This document shows positions 1 to 9,107 of a DNA stretch of 64,000 nucleotides, one piece after another. The DNA is from a virus. Taxonomy: Duplodnaviria > Caudoviricetes. The notes under the pieces were generated by a model that did no database searches, had not been told where the DNA came from, and saw only the letters and a program-made list of their open reading frames with translations. Where the stretch lies: IMG/VR virus record IMGVR_UViG_2630968317_000001, positions 24,162 to 88,161 of that record; one strand, 5' to 3'. The position numbers and the translations under genes are program-made. The first letter of the stretch is position 1, and each line of letters opens with the position of its first letter.

Positions 1-104
1 CTCTACCGCCCAATGATATAGAGCTTTTGAAAAAACAAAATGCTTTGTTATCAAAACAATTAACGCAGCTATTGGCTATGCAGAAAGGGGAAAATTCAGA
101 ATGA
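1..104 (+). CDS. 3' end of XkdW-like tail fibre assembly protein (partial)
   Basis: Frame from base 3 reads LPPNDIELLKKQNALLSKQLTQ...*, similar to the C-terminus of 1755..2108 (LPPSEIDLLKQQNADLLQQL). Confidence 0.7.
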   Translation, partial: LPPNDIELLKKQNALLSKQLTQLLAMQKGENSE

Positions 105-244
105 TGTTTCCAACTGTAGCAGATATCAAACAATTTTGGGACTGGCAGTGTTACAGCCAAGAGGATATTGCTTTTTATGTAAGTATTGGATGGATCTCCG
201 TAGATGACTATCAAGACATAACAGGAGAAACATACCAAGCCTAA
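101..244 (+). CDS. XkdX-family small protein, 47 aa
   Basis: Manual translation MMFPTVADIKQFWDWQCYSQEDIAFYVSIGWISVDDYQDITGETYQA; XkdX-type I(T/S)xxxYxxITGE motif; ATGA overlap with the upstream stop. Confidence 0.8.
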   Translation: MMFPTVADIKQFWDWQCYSQEDIAFYVSIGWISVDDYQDITGETYQA

Positions 245-345
245 ATGCTTTATTTTTTTGCTCGGAAGAAGGATTGTGGGGAGCAAGATTGAGGTTGGGG
301 TTGTTGTTTTTACATTTCATGTAATTTCAAAAAGGAGAGATACCA

Positions 346-1758
346 TTGGATATAAAAACTCCTCGTTCTTTTGAAACGAGTGACAAAGCTCATGCTGATC
401 TATTCAACGATATGTTGAAAACATTGCTTCATAACGACACTGGTATATCAGAACAATTAACTCTTCATATCGGTGATTCTAGCCAACACTCTTCAGAACT
501 AGAAAAAAAGAAATGGAATGAGTCGCAGCTGTATAAAATTACAGGAGATAATGGAGTACAACTTTTAAATATTCCTGCCGGCTCAAAAATCTTTGACTCA
601 ATTAAAGACAAAGGGACATGTACATTTTATGCGCCCAGTGGAATAGAGGATAGCCCTTCACAATTCGCCATTAGAGGGATACAGACAGTGGGACAAAATA
701 ACATTGGAACAGGCTTTGCGATAGATACATCAGGCAATGCATATTACTTCTACTATAATTCTAGCCATTTATCTATCACTTGGACTCAGATTCCGACAGT
801 AGCTGAAAAAGATAAATGGAACAACGGACAGTTATATAAATTGACTCAAAACAATGGTAGACCTATTTATAAAGGGGTAAGTGAGACCACTGACTATAAC
901 GAAATTACGGAAACAGGAATGTATCTCATTTATAATGCTGGCCTTAATGGTCCAATAGAGATCAAAAGGGCATTTATGATTGTTATCAGTTATGGAAATA
1001 CCCTGTTACAAACTATATATGATGCAGTCAATGGTCTGAACTCTTTTTATAGAATCAGGAAGACTGACTATACATGGACTGAATGGGAAAGGCAGCTCAC
1101 ATCTACAGATTTAAATGCTATTCAATCGTTTCCTATTACTGATATTAATGGACAGGGGAAGGCTTATATCAGAAATACAGAAGATTTCCATGAAGTATTA
1201 CCAAAGTATCGAGGTTTAGTTCATTTTGCATCTGCAAATGCACCAACCAATGGCCCGGGTAATGCGTTAAGGGGGATTTGGACTTGTAATAACACAGGTA
1301 CGTACGGGCAGGCAATTGGCTTTGACCACTTAAACCGCACTTGGCGTAAGACTATGGCGAATGGCGTGTGGTCAAAATGGGAGCGTTTGCTAACCGGTGC
1401 AGAGCAACTAGAATGGAAGTCCCCGACAACAATAATAAACGGATGGAAACAATACGGTACTCAAAAAGTGCAATTTTATAAGAATCCATTTGGAGAGGTA
1501 GAGTTAATGGGTTCTATCACAGGGGGGACTATCGGTTTTGAAGTACCTGTTTTTACATTGCCAAGTGGTTATCGTCCTATACAGGGAATGCATTTCATAG
1601 GGGTAGCATCTAGTATCGGTGCTGGTTCAACACCACAAACACACAGGACACATATTGATACTGATGGTAATGTGTATATACAAAGTGTCTCCAATTCAAC
1701 AAACCCAAATGAATTTATTACTTTCGGCTTTAAATTCATGGCGGCACAGGAGGGATGA
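346..1758 (+). CDS. PBSX-like tail fibre / receptor-binding protein (XkdV-like)
   Basis: 470 aa; repeated KWNxxQLYKxTxxNG and W(T/S)xWER knob-like units; followed by XkdW/XkdX-like and lysis genes. Confidence 0.75.
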   Translation: MDIKTPRSFETSDKAHADLFNDMLKTLLHNDTGISEQLTLHIGDSSQHSSELEKKKWNESQLYKITGDNGVQLLNIPAGSKIFDSIKDKGTCTFYAPSGIEDSPSQFAIRGIQTVGQNNIGTGFAIDTSGNAYYFYYNSSHLSITWTQIPTVAEKDKWNNGQLYKLTQNNGRPIYKGVSETTDYNEITETGMYLIYNAGLNGPIEIKRAFMIVISYGNTLLQTIYDAVNGLNSFYRIRKTDYTWTEWERQLTSTDLNAIQSFPITDINGQGKAYIRNTEDFHEVLPKYRGLVHFASANAPTNGPGNALRGIWTCNNTGTYGQAIGFDHLNRTWRKTMANGVWSKWERLLTGAEQLEWKSPTTIINGWKQYGTQKVQFYKNPFGEVELMGSITGGTIGFEVPVFTLPSGYRPIQGMHFIGVASSIGAGSTPQTHRTHIDTDGNVYIQSVSNSTNPNEFITFGFKFMAAQEG

Positions 1759-2108
1759 AAGTGAACTGGATATATAAATACGACGGAAAATTCAATTACC
1801 TTCCAGGGGAAGAAATAGAAATTGAAGGGGACGCAGACATCCCAAAAGGATATACAGATGTAAGACCTCAAGATGGTTTGTACAAAGGTAAATACAATGA
1901 AACGAAAAGAGCATGGTATGAGTCGGCAACACAAGAATACATTGATGGCTTGCAGCCAAAGCCGCTGCCACCATCAGAAATTGATCTATTAAAACAGCAA
2001 AATGCTGATCTGCTTCAGCAACTGGCAGAATCAGAAAAGAGAGTAGAAGAACAATCAAAAACAATATCAGAACTTATCATGTTGCTGAATGAAAAGGGGG
2101 TCATTTAA
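1755..2108 (+). CDS. XkdW-like tail fibre assembly protein
   Basis: WIYKYD...PQDGLY...WYESATQEYID; lies between tail fibre and XkdX; homologous to 58527..58814. Confidence 0.7.
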   Translation: MKVNWIYKYDGKFNYLPGEEIEIEGDADIPKGYTDVRPQDGLYKGKYNETKRAWYESATQEYIDGLQPKPLPPSEIDLLKQQNADLLQQLAESEKRVEEQSKTISELIMLLNEKGVI

Positions 2109-2255
2109 TTGGATTGGTTCCGTAGTATTTCATTGTTCTATCAATGGAAGTGTTATGAAAATGAAGATGTAGCAAAATTTGTTCGTTTCGAGAAGATTAC
2201 GCCGGAACAATACAAAGAAATAACAAGAGAAGAATATCCAACAAACGCTAAATAG
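2109..2255 (+). CDS. XkdX-family small protein, 48 aa
   Basis: TTG start; MDWFRSISLFYQWKCYENEDVAKFVRFEKITPEQYKEITREEYPTNAK. Confidence 0.8.
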   Translation: MDWFRSISLFYQWKCYENEDVAKFVRFEKITPEQYKEITREEYPTNAK

Positions 2256-2301
2256 GCGTTTTTATTTTGCCTTCTTTAAAATGGGCAAAGTGAGGGAGTA
2301 G

Positions 2302-2523
2302 GTGAGTGCAGTGGAAATGGATTTGACTCAATATTTAATGACACAAGGACCGTTTGCGGTGTTGTTTTGTTGGGTGCTGTTTTACGTATTAAACACAACA
2401 AAGGAAAGAGAAAACAAGCTCAATGAGCAAATCGAGGCACAAAATGATGTGTTAGCAAAGTTTAGTGAAAAGTATGACGTCGTGATCGACAAACTCGACA
2501 AAATAGAACGAAATTTAAAATAG
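2302..2523 (+). CDS. bhlA: BhlA/UviB-family holin-like peptide
   Basis: [27 protein letters not shown] signature. Confidence 0.85.
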   Translation: MSAVEMDLTQYLMTQGPFAVLFCWVLFYVLNTTKERENKLNEQIEAQNDVLAKFSEKYDVVIDKLDKIERNLK

Positions 2524-2534
2524 GAGGAAAACTC

Positions 2535-2798
2535 ATGAAAACATTCGACAAAGGCACTGTGATTCGCACAGTGCTTCTTTTTATTGCTCTGATCAATCAA
2601 ACGCTTGTCATGTTTGGACAGACGGTGCTGCCGATTAGTGAGGAGCAAGTACAAACCGCAGGTGAAGCACTTTATGTGGCAGGTTCTACGATTTTTACTA
2701 TGGTCACAGCCGTTATCGCTTGGTTTAAAAACAATTATGTGACCTACAAAGGCCAATTACAAAAAGATGCTCTGAAACAAAGAGGGCTAACAAAATAA
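2535..2798 (+). CDS. xhlB: SPP1-family holin (XhlB/BhlB-like)
   Basis: [18 protein letters not shown]...AWFKNNYVT; two hydrophobic segments. Confidence 0.85.
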   Translation: MKTFDKGTVIRTVLLFIALINQTLVMFGQTVLPISEEQVQTAGEALYVAGSTIFTMVTAVIAWFKNNYVTYKGQLQKDALKQRGLTK

Positions 2799-2817
2799 TA
2801 CTTGAAGGAGAAACGAC

Positions 2818-3621
2818 ATGGTGAAAATCATTCAAGCATTGATCCCAAAACAACATCGCAACAGACCAGGAAACACGATGAAGCCGCTCTATATTACGGT
2901 GCATAATACGTCAAACAGTGCAAAAGGTGCTAATGCGGCCAGTCATGCAGCGTTTGTTGCACGTTCAAGTACCGGTGTCAGCTGGCATTACACTGTTGAT
3001 GATCAGGTGATTTATCAGCATTTACCGTTAAACGAAAACGGCTGGCACGCAGGGGATGGCAGAGGCACCGGCAATATGAAGTCAATTGGAATTGAAATTT
3101 GTGAAAATGCAGACGGTAACTTTGAACAAGCAGTCGAAAATGCCCAATGGCTCATTCGCAAGCTGATAGGAGATTTGGGGATTCCTTTATCAAATGTAGT
3201 GCCTCATAAACATTGGAGCGGGAAAGAGTGTCCAAGGAAACTTCTCGGACGATGGGATCAGTTTAAAGCTGGCATAGCCACAGCGCATACCGGCAGCAAA
3301 AGCACAAGAAAACCAGTTCAGGCAGAAAGCTTGAGCCACAAAGCACCCGTTTCCAAACAGAAATCGTCAAACCTGCCATCTGGCATTTTAAAAGTAACCA
3401 AGCCCTTAACAAAAGGCCCTCAAGTCACTGCCGTGCAAAAAGCCTTATCATCCCTCTATTTTTACCCAGACAAAGGGGCAAAAAACAACGGGATTGACGG
3501 CTATTATGGACCAAAAACGGCAAATGCGGTCAAACGGTTTCAGCTTATGAACGGCTTAGCTGCAGACGGAATTTACGGACCGAAGACGAAGAACAAAATC
3601 GAACAATTGCTGAAGAAGTGA
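2818..3621 (+). CDS. N-acetylmuramoyl-L-alanine amidase (XlyA/XlyB-like endolysin) with PG-binding domain
   Basis: YITVHNT, SWHYTVDD, GWHAGDG, SIGIEIC, HKHWSGKECP; C-terminal DGxYGPKT repeats. Confidence 0.9.
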   Translation: MVKIIQALIPKQHRNRPGNTMKPLYITVHNTSNSAKGANAASHAAFVARSSTGVSWHYTVDDQVIYQHLPLNENGWHAGDGRGTGNMKSIGIEICENADGNFEQAVENAQWLIRKLIGDLGIPLSNVVPHKHWSGKECPRKLLGRWDQFKAGIATAHTGSKSTRKPVQAESLSHKAPVSKQKSSNLPSGILKVTKPLTKGPQVTAVQKALSSLYFYPDKGAKNNGIDGYYGPKTANAVKRFQLMNGLAADGIYGPKTKNKIEQLLKK

Positions 3622-3635
3622 CGATCTTTAAAAAG

Positions 3636-3676
3636 AGCTATCAGCAAGTGAGGAAATGCTTCCTTGCTGATAGCTA
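3636..3676 (+). terminator. Hairpin after amidase gene
   Basis: AGCTATCAGCAAG...CTTGCTGATAGCT inverted repeat. Confidence 0.55.
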
Positions 3677-3737
3677 ACAAAAAATTACATCATATGTGGT
3701 ATAATCAACCAAATCACTATCATGAGAGGAGAGAAAA

Positions 3738-3920
3738 ATGAAAAAAGAACTGTTCCAGATCATCATGCTGTCAGTGCTACTCATCTATTTCATTTATCAC
3801 GGAATGACGAGCGGTTTTCCTGTATCCTATACAATCATTCTCATCTTAACTTATCTTTCTGTGATTACATACCGCATCATAAATTTATTAAGAATACGAA
3901 AAAACAAAGAACAAGCATAA
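3738..3920 (+). CDS. Small membrane protein, 60 aa
   Basis: RBS GAGGAG; two hydrophobic segments; basic tail. Confidence 0.6.
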   Translation: MKKELFQIIMLSVLLIYFIYHGMTSGFPVSYTIILILTYLSVITYRIINLLRIRKNKEQA

Positions 3921-3972
3921 GAGATATGTACATAAAAAACCATCCTTGATTTCTCAAGAATGGTTTTTCGTA

Positions 3973-4015
3973 TGGAGCATAGCGGGATCGAACCGCTGAC
4001 CTCTACGCTGCCAGC
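3973..4015 (-). pseudogene. 3' half of tRNA-Ala(GGC), prophage att core
   Basis: Reverse complement GCTGGCAGCGTAGAGGTCAGCGGTTCGATCCCGCTATGCTCCA contains anticodon loop CT-GGC-AG, T arm GGTTCGATCC and acceptor 3' strand; 5' half missing; minus-strand terminator hairpin at ~3934-3968. Confidence 0.9.
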
Positions 4016-4046
4016 TTCCACGTCGTTATATCTACGTTGTTTTTCT

Positions 4047-4100
4047 CCGATAAGTCACCCGTAAAGTCAACTATATCAACGTTAAGTCACCGATAAGTCA
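4047..4100 (+). repeat. Four direct 11-mer repeats, candidate integrase arm-type sites
   Basis: CCGATAAGTCA 4047, CCGTAAAGTCA 4059, ACGTTAAGTCA 4079, CCGATAAGTCA 4090, just inside att. Confidence 0.6.
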
Positions 4101-4232
4101 ATCGTCTCTAAGCGCATTATACCGCATAGGAACGCTACACCGCAACTAAATATGGCGCTACCCTGAACCCTCGTCTTAATAGGCGGGGGTTTTTTGCGTT
4201 TTATGGGACGATTCAAAAAAAAGTTCAAAACG

Positions 4233-4267
4233 AATGTCCCGATTTTGATCGATCACATGCGACTGTA
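4233..4267 (+). promoter_or_regulatory. Phage bipartite motif, copy 1 (putative phage-sigma promoter)
   Basis: AATGTCCCGATT-ttgatcgat-CACATGCGACTGTA; arms identical to copies at 13621 and 27149. Confidence 0.75.
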
Positions 4268-4297
4268 CTTATGAAAGCGAAAAACGGAGGGGATGGC

Positions 4298-4750
4298 GTG
4301 AGTGCTATAAGCAATCGTAATTTTTGCGGATATGCAGCCGAAAACGTAGTTCGGGCCGACTTAGCTAAGAGAAATATCGTAAGTTTAAGTCCGGACATCC
4401 CGTGGGCTCATTACGATTTAGTCGCCGACATAAACGGGGTATTTACTCGAATTCAAGTTAAAACAAACATAGAACACGACGGTTACCGGATGAAAATAGA
4501 CAATCGTAAATCGAACGGAGCCAGTCGTCCTTACACTAAAGAAGATTACGAAGTTCTTGCAATTGTCGATTTAGAAAGTGGCGGAGTTGCGTATCTACCT
4601 TACGAAGTTTGGAGAGGTAAGTCGCAAATAAATATCATGCTTCGAGAGGTTTCGAATATGAAGGGGTACGGAAAGGGTAAACAGCCGTTGTATTTCTCTG
4701 ATTTTAGCGATTTTCCTAACGAAGTAAAGACGGGCGAGGTGGTAGCGTGA
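4298..4750 (+). CDS. PD-(D/E)XK endonuclease-like protein
   Basis: GYAAENVV...YDLVAD...RIQVKT motif; GTG start after RBS GGAGG. Confidence 0.75.
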   Translation: MSAISNRNFCGYAAENVVRADLAKRNIVSLSPDIPWAHYDLVADINGVFTRIQVKTNIEHDGYRMKIDNRKSNGASRPYTKEDYEVLAIVDLESGGVAYLPYEVWRGKSQINIMLREVSNMKGYGKGKQPLYFSDFSDFPNEVKTGEVVA

Positions 4751-5163
4751 CAAACGAACACCAACGGCTCGTCTCCGTAGAAACTCAGTCGGAATATAAC
4801 TTAACGTCCGGAAAGTCTGAAACGCGTATCTTCGTTAAGATGTACGTCGATGCCGTCAAGAAAGGCTTGATCGCGGATATCGGACCCGAACGTTGGCAGA
4901 CGCTTTGCGTACTATCATCGTTTATGAACGCAAACGGCGAATGCTACCCGACACAGGACCAAATCGGTGAAGCGCTAAATTTAAGCCGAGTCGCGGCAAA
5001 TAAACGGATACAATCGCTATGTGAATACCGATGGCAGGGACGCCCTCTTGTCGTTAAAAAACAAGGGCGCGAAGGAAAGACTCAGCGGTGGGAGAACGCT
5101 CGCTATACGATACTTCCGATTAGTCAACTCGCTATATTTGACGGAGATACAGAGGAATTATAA
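4747..5163 (+). CDS. Winged-HTH protein, replication initiator N-terminal-like
   Basis: NANGECYPTQDQIGEALNLSRVAANKRI; followed by iteron-like repeats. Confidence 0.7.
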   Translation: MTNEHQRLVSVETQSEYNLTSGKSETRIFVKMYVDAVKKGLIADIGPERWQTLCVLSSFMNANGECYPTQDQIGEALNLSRVAANKRIQSLCEYRWQGRPLVVKKQGREGKTQRWENARYTILPISQLAIFDGDTEEL

Positions 5164-5165
5164 AC

Positions 5166-5375
5166 GCCGTGTATCGTCTACCCATATACGGCTGACCCGT
5201 ACACGGCTCGGCTTTACACTAACTAGAACCATCTTTTAACTAGAGCCATTAATAACTAGATAAATAATAGCGCTCAATCAAAACCTTTCGCGCAAATAAT
5301 TACTTTAAAAGATATATCTATCGCGATAAAAGGATATTTGCAAAGAGTGAGCGTAAGCGAACGAATTGCTACGGT
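5166..5375. other. Candidate replication origin
   Basis: ACCCATATACGGCT / ACCCGTACACGGCT direct repeats plus one inverted copy; TAACTAGA x3 (5220, 5237, 5253); AT-rich tract. Confidence 0.5.
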
Positions 5376-5407
5376 TTAAATAACAAACGAAAAGGAGTCC
5401 GATAATC

Positions 5408-5773
5408 ATGACGATTAATATTCCGATCTCACCCGATTACCACCTTACATCCGACGTCCATAACATCATCGTAAATGAGCGCTATTTCACCGATCCGACC
5501 AAAGCGCCGGGCTGGGCGAAGAAACTGGCCGAAAACCCTGACGCAGACCCAACGCCGGTCGAGCGCTGGCGAGAAGTTTCGTACCACCCTACGATTGATC
5601 GCGCCGTCTTGGACGTAATGAATCGGCGGATCAAAACATCGGATGCGACGTCTTTAGCCGAGATTGCACAAATGGTACGGGAATTTCGCACGGAATTAGC
5701 GGCGGCATTGACGATTGAGGGCGTTATACTGCCGACAAATAAAACGGCTAGGAGGCGGTTAAAACGTGGATAA
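5408..5773 (+). CDS. Hypothetical phage protein
   Basis: RBS AAGGAG; coupled to the next ORF. Confidence 0.7.
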   Translation: MTINIPISPDYHLTSDVHNIIVNERYFTDPTKAPGWAKKLAENPDADPTPVERWREVSYHPTIDRAVLDVMNRRIKTSDATSLAEIAQMVREFRTELAAALTIEGVILPTNKTARRRLKRG

Positions 5774-5993
5774 AACGAATGAGCAAGAAATCGCAGAGTT
5801 ACGTCAGGCAATGGCGGAGCTTATTGCGGAGAATGAGACGTATATGCACCACCTCGCAGAAATTCGCGACATGATGCCGTATGAATTCGATGATGAGAAT
5901 GCGACCGAACATTTACTCGCAATTACGGGTCCTGAGTACGTTAAAGATTACGTTAGATGCTTATTAAACCGAATGAAGGAGGCGTTAAAATGA
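5766..5993 (+). CDS. Hypothetical protein
   Basis: RBS GGAGG; overlaps neighbours. Confidence 0.65.
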   Translation: MDKTNEQEIAELRQAMAELIAENETYMHHLAEIRDMMPYEFDDENATEHLLAITGPEYVKDYVRCLLNRMKEALK

Positions 5994-6367
5994 AGCCGGA
6001 AATCACGAAAGAGCAGGCGGATGCTATAACATTTTTAAGAGGACTCGGTAGGGACGACGAATATATTTTGAGTCACTTTGGCGAATACGTCAGGCATTGC
6101 GCAGTACTGAACGATTTAAGTCGTGTTTCATTAGCGGCTGCGTTAATCAACGGATATGAAGTCTCAAAGTCGCCGGAGGAGAAGGTACGAGATTACTACG
6201 AATCTAATTACGCCAAACACGAAAGGTCGAAGCCATATAGTGACGACGATTATTATACGACAGGTGTTTTGACCGGCATCAGTCGGACGCTTGATCTCCT
6301 CGACATCAAAATCGAAGGTGTAAACGTCAGACGTGAGGAGGCGGAGGCGAATGGCTTCGGATACTAA
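5990..6367 (+). CDS. Hypothetical phage protein (DUF1642-like)
   Basis: ITKEQADAI...LAAALINGYEV motif; ATG after GGAGG. Confidence 0.65.
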   Translation: MKPEITKEQADAITFLRGLGRDDEYILSHFGEYVRHCAVLNDLSRVSLAAALINGYEVSKSPEEKVRDYYESNYAKHERSKPYSDDDYYTTGVLTGISRTLDLLDIKIEGVNVRREEAEANGFGY

Positions 6368-6719
6368 GCCTATCGAAAAATGGACGGCACGCGACTTCAT
6401 CGTCTATCTACACGAACGCCACCTCGAAGTCTACGGCATTAAATATGTCGCCAATAATCGCGGCATGGAAGCGCGGAACCTAAAGACGATGATCGCCGAG
6501 CATGGGGCGGCTGTCGTACGGGACTTCATTGACGCTTGCTTTGCGGCTAAGAAACCGACGGCTCAGTGGCCTGGCTGCAACTTCGGCTTTATGTTTTCGT
6601 ATATGCGCGACCGTCACTTGCCGCCGTTACTCGTAAAGCAAAAGACGGTTAAGCAGTCGGAGGAAGACGATCAAAGGGCGGCTGCACAGTCGCAAATAAA
6701 CTACGGGGAGTTGTTTTAG
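6351..6719 (+). CDS. Hypothetical protein, possibly detached initiator C-terminal domain
   Basis: Helical 122-aa ORF upstream of the DnaC-like loader. Confidence 0.6.
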   Translation: MASDTKPIEKWTARDFIVYLHERHLEVYGIKYVANNRGMEARNLKTMIAEHGAAVVRDFIDACFAAKKPTAQWPGCNFGFMFSYMRDRHLPPLLVKQKTVKQSEEDDQRAAAQSQINYGELF

Positions 6720-6720
6720 T

Positions 6721-7530
6721 ATGACGAAATATAAGACGGAGAAACGTAAGGCACGTGTAGGCGAGCGTATTTTGATTACGGATAAACACGTATTTAGCAC
6801 AAGGTATAAAAATGGAGATGTTCTGAAGGTAGGTAGCGTCAAACCTATCGGAGTTATTAGCGGGGAGGGTTTTGCGATTTTTCACACAGAGTACGAAGTC
6901 ATCGTCGGTGAACACACGCCCACCCCGAACCTGTACGAAATGCCCTTCGATGAATTAGTGTCGCTTAGTGAGGACGTAATGAAGGCGATTACAATCCGAT
7001 CATATAAAAACGGCTACGAACAAGGTCGTTTTGATGCGGAAATTGAGGCGGCGCATGGCACGTATGAGAAGTCCGATCAGCAGAAACGGGATGAGGTCGT
7101 TGAGAAGGCGAAGGAGGACGTAGAATATTTGGTCAGACGATGCTTCACAGCTAGAACCGAATTTATCGTTAATGCTGAAAAAAGAACTGCCGTCGCAATA
7201 CGTAAGGCGTTTGGGAACGGTCGCGTAATCTCTAAAGGAATCGCCAAATGCGCACCAAACGACTGCTTCAACGCACACATCGGCAAGGCTATTGCGCTAA
7301 GACGTGCGCTAGGGTTACCGGTGCCGGCAGAATATCTAAACGTGCCGCAGCCGGAAGAAGTACGTGTAGGTGACGTTATTAATTATCGCAATGCTTACAT
7401 TCTCAAAGTCGTGAATGACGATATCCAACGCACTGCAAAACCAGTTTCAACCGTAAGTATTAGCGCACTTCAAGGCAGCGGCGGCGGTTACGTAATTATT
7501 GACGATTCGAGAGCGGGTGAGGGCGAATGA
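6721..7530 (+). CDS. Hypothetical protein with SH3-like RxAxVGExI module
   Basis: 269 aa; GIAKCAPNDCFNAHIGKAIALRRA motif; module shared with 16720 and 30058. Confidence 0.75.
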   Translation: MTKYKTEKRKARVGERILITDKHVFSTRYKNGDVLKVGSVKPIGVISGEGFAIFHTEYEVIVGEHTPTPNLYEMPFDELVSLSEDVMKAITIRSYKNGYEQGRFDAEIEAAHGTYEKSDQQKRDEVVEKAKEDVEYLVRRCFTARTEFIVNAEKRTAVAIRKAFGNGRVISKGIAKCAPNDCFNAHIGKAIALRRALGLPVPAEYLNVPQPEEVRVGDVINYRNAYILKVVNDDIQRTAKPVSTVSISALQGSGGGYVIIDDSRAGEGE

Positions 7531-7673
7531 TTTTCGATGCCAAGACTATCGAGCCGTATTTAGATTATACGGAAGGGACGTTACGGGTAGTTGAGGGTCG
7601 AGATTGTAACGTTTATATATTCGTTGAGAAAAGTAGCGGAAAGGCCCACGTTCTCAATATTGTAGAAAACTAA
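7527..7673 (+). CDS. Hypothetical protein, 48 aa
   Basis: ATGA overlap; MIFDAKTIEPYLDYTEGTLRVVEG... Confidence 0.5.
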   Translation: MIFDAKTIEPYLDYTEGTLRVVEGRDCNVYIFVEKSSGKAHVLNIVEN

Positions 7674-7694
7674 ACCGAAAGGAGGCGGCTAAGA

Positions 7695-8456
7695 ATGACG
7701 AATGACTCACGATGCCTACTCGCAAGCAAATGCGCCCAAGCCGGCGGCGTTAATTGTACGAAACACTGCGAACTATACCTCGGCTTGCACGGCTTAGACG
7801 GCGCTGGAGGACGGTCGGGGGCGGCTGGATTGGCGGAGGACTACCGCCTAGTGACGCTTAAAAACTCGCCTGCTCGCGCTGATCAGCCCGGAGCTTACAA
7901 GGCGGCGGATGCTTATGCGGATACCTTTGACCGCCAATTTGACGCCGAAGCCGAGCGCATTAAATCGCTATATTTATACAGCGCGAAATCAGGCACAGGC
8001 AAGACGACGACGGCTGCGGCTTTGCTTAACGAATATTTGACCGCCCATTATATTGGCGCACTAAAACGAGGCATACAACCGCAGCAGAGACCGGCTTATT
8101 TTCTCGATGTTAATGCGTGGCAAAACGAATACAACGAGTTTAATAGACCGCGAGTTCCGGACGCAATCGCAGAGCCGGCAGCCAAACGATATTATGCCGC
8201 GCTAGAAGCAGCAAAACGGGCGCCATTCGCAGTGCTGGACGATATAGGCGTACGAGAAGCAACGGACGGATTTCGCGGCGATTTACACACGATAATCAAC
8301 TACCGCGTGACGAATCGTATGCCGACCGTTTATACGTCGAATATAAAAATGGCGGATCTGCCGGAAGTGTTCGGAGAAGCGCGACTAGCAGACCGTATCG
8401 CTGACCAGTGCAAAGAAATCGTCTTCGCGGGCGGATCAAAAAGGAGGCGGCTGTAA
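7695..8456 (+). CDS. DnaC/IstB-like helicase loader ATPase
   Basis: Walker A SGTGKTT; Walker B AVLDDIG; PTVYTSN; RLADRI. Confidence 0.88.
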   Translation: MTNDSRCLLASKCAQAGGVNCTKHCELYLGLHGLDGAGGRSGAAGLAEDYRLVTLKNSPARADQPGAYKAADAYADTFDRQFDAEAERIKSLYLYSAKSGTGKTTTAAALLNEYLTAHYIGALKRGIQPQQRPAYFLDVNAWQNEYNEFNRPRVPDAIAEPAAKRYYAALEAAKRAPFAVLDDIGVREATDGFRGDLHTIINYRVTNRMPTVYTSNIKMADLPEVFGEARLADRIADQCKEIVFAGGSKRRRL

Positions 8457-9107
8457 ATGAGCGGATTATCATTAACGGAAATTCAATACTTACGTGACCT
8501 ACTCGTTGCGGATTCGTTGGCTAACGGAGAGGGCGCATCCAAACTCGCTATTTTCGATAAACTAGATGCGCTTGAATTTGCGGACCATACGCCGGCCTAT
8601 AAAACTGGCGACCTAGTTTCGGTCGAAGGCTATAAAGGACGCGTCTTCTACGTTGATTGCGCCCGATACATCGAGGAAACGTCGAAAGAGGCCGTCTTTA
8701 ACTTTATTGAATACGACCTGTATGACGCGATCAATGGCGAATGGCTCGAAGCGTTCGAGGCGGACATGGCGTTAGTGGCAAGCGCGCTTGTTGCGGAGGA
8801 TTACTTGGCGGACTTCAACCTAGAAGACTATCCGCCAGCAAGAAGTACCGTTTATCTAATAAACTACGAAACGGAGGCGGCTAATATGGCGGCAAAAGAA
8901 CAGCCGAAGACACCGAGACAGCTCAGCGCGATTGAAGCGGAAAAGCGTAAGCAGGAACGTAAAGAGGCGGCGGCACAAACCGATAACCTACTCGACATTT
9001 ACAACTGGAATAAGGCGCAGTATGAAAAGACGGGTGAGGTAACGTTTAAGGCTAAGATGGACGACACTATGGCGCAATTGGCTGGCGAGGGAGCTGAACG
9101 CCGATGA
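8457..9107 (+). CDS. Hypothetical protein
   Basis: 216-aa ORF coupled between loader and helicase. Confidence 0.75.
   Translation: MSGLSLTEIQYLRDLLVADSLANGEGASKLAIFDKLDALEFADHTPAYKTGDLVSVEGYKGRVFYVDCARYIEETSKEAVFNFIEYDLYDAINGEWLEAFEADMALVASALVAEDYLADFNLEDYPPARSTVYLINYETEAANMAAKEQPKTPRQLSAIEAEKRKQERKEAAAQTDNLLDIYNWNKAQYEKTGEVTFKAKMDDTMAQLAGEGAERR

Larger units (their letters stand above)
1..3680 (+). mobile_element. Distal end of PBSX-like defective prophage
   Basis: Gene order xkdV/W/X-bhlA-holin-amidase; AT-richer than the downstream prophage. Confidence 0.75.
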
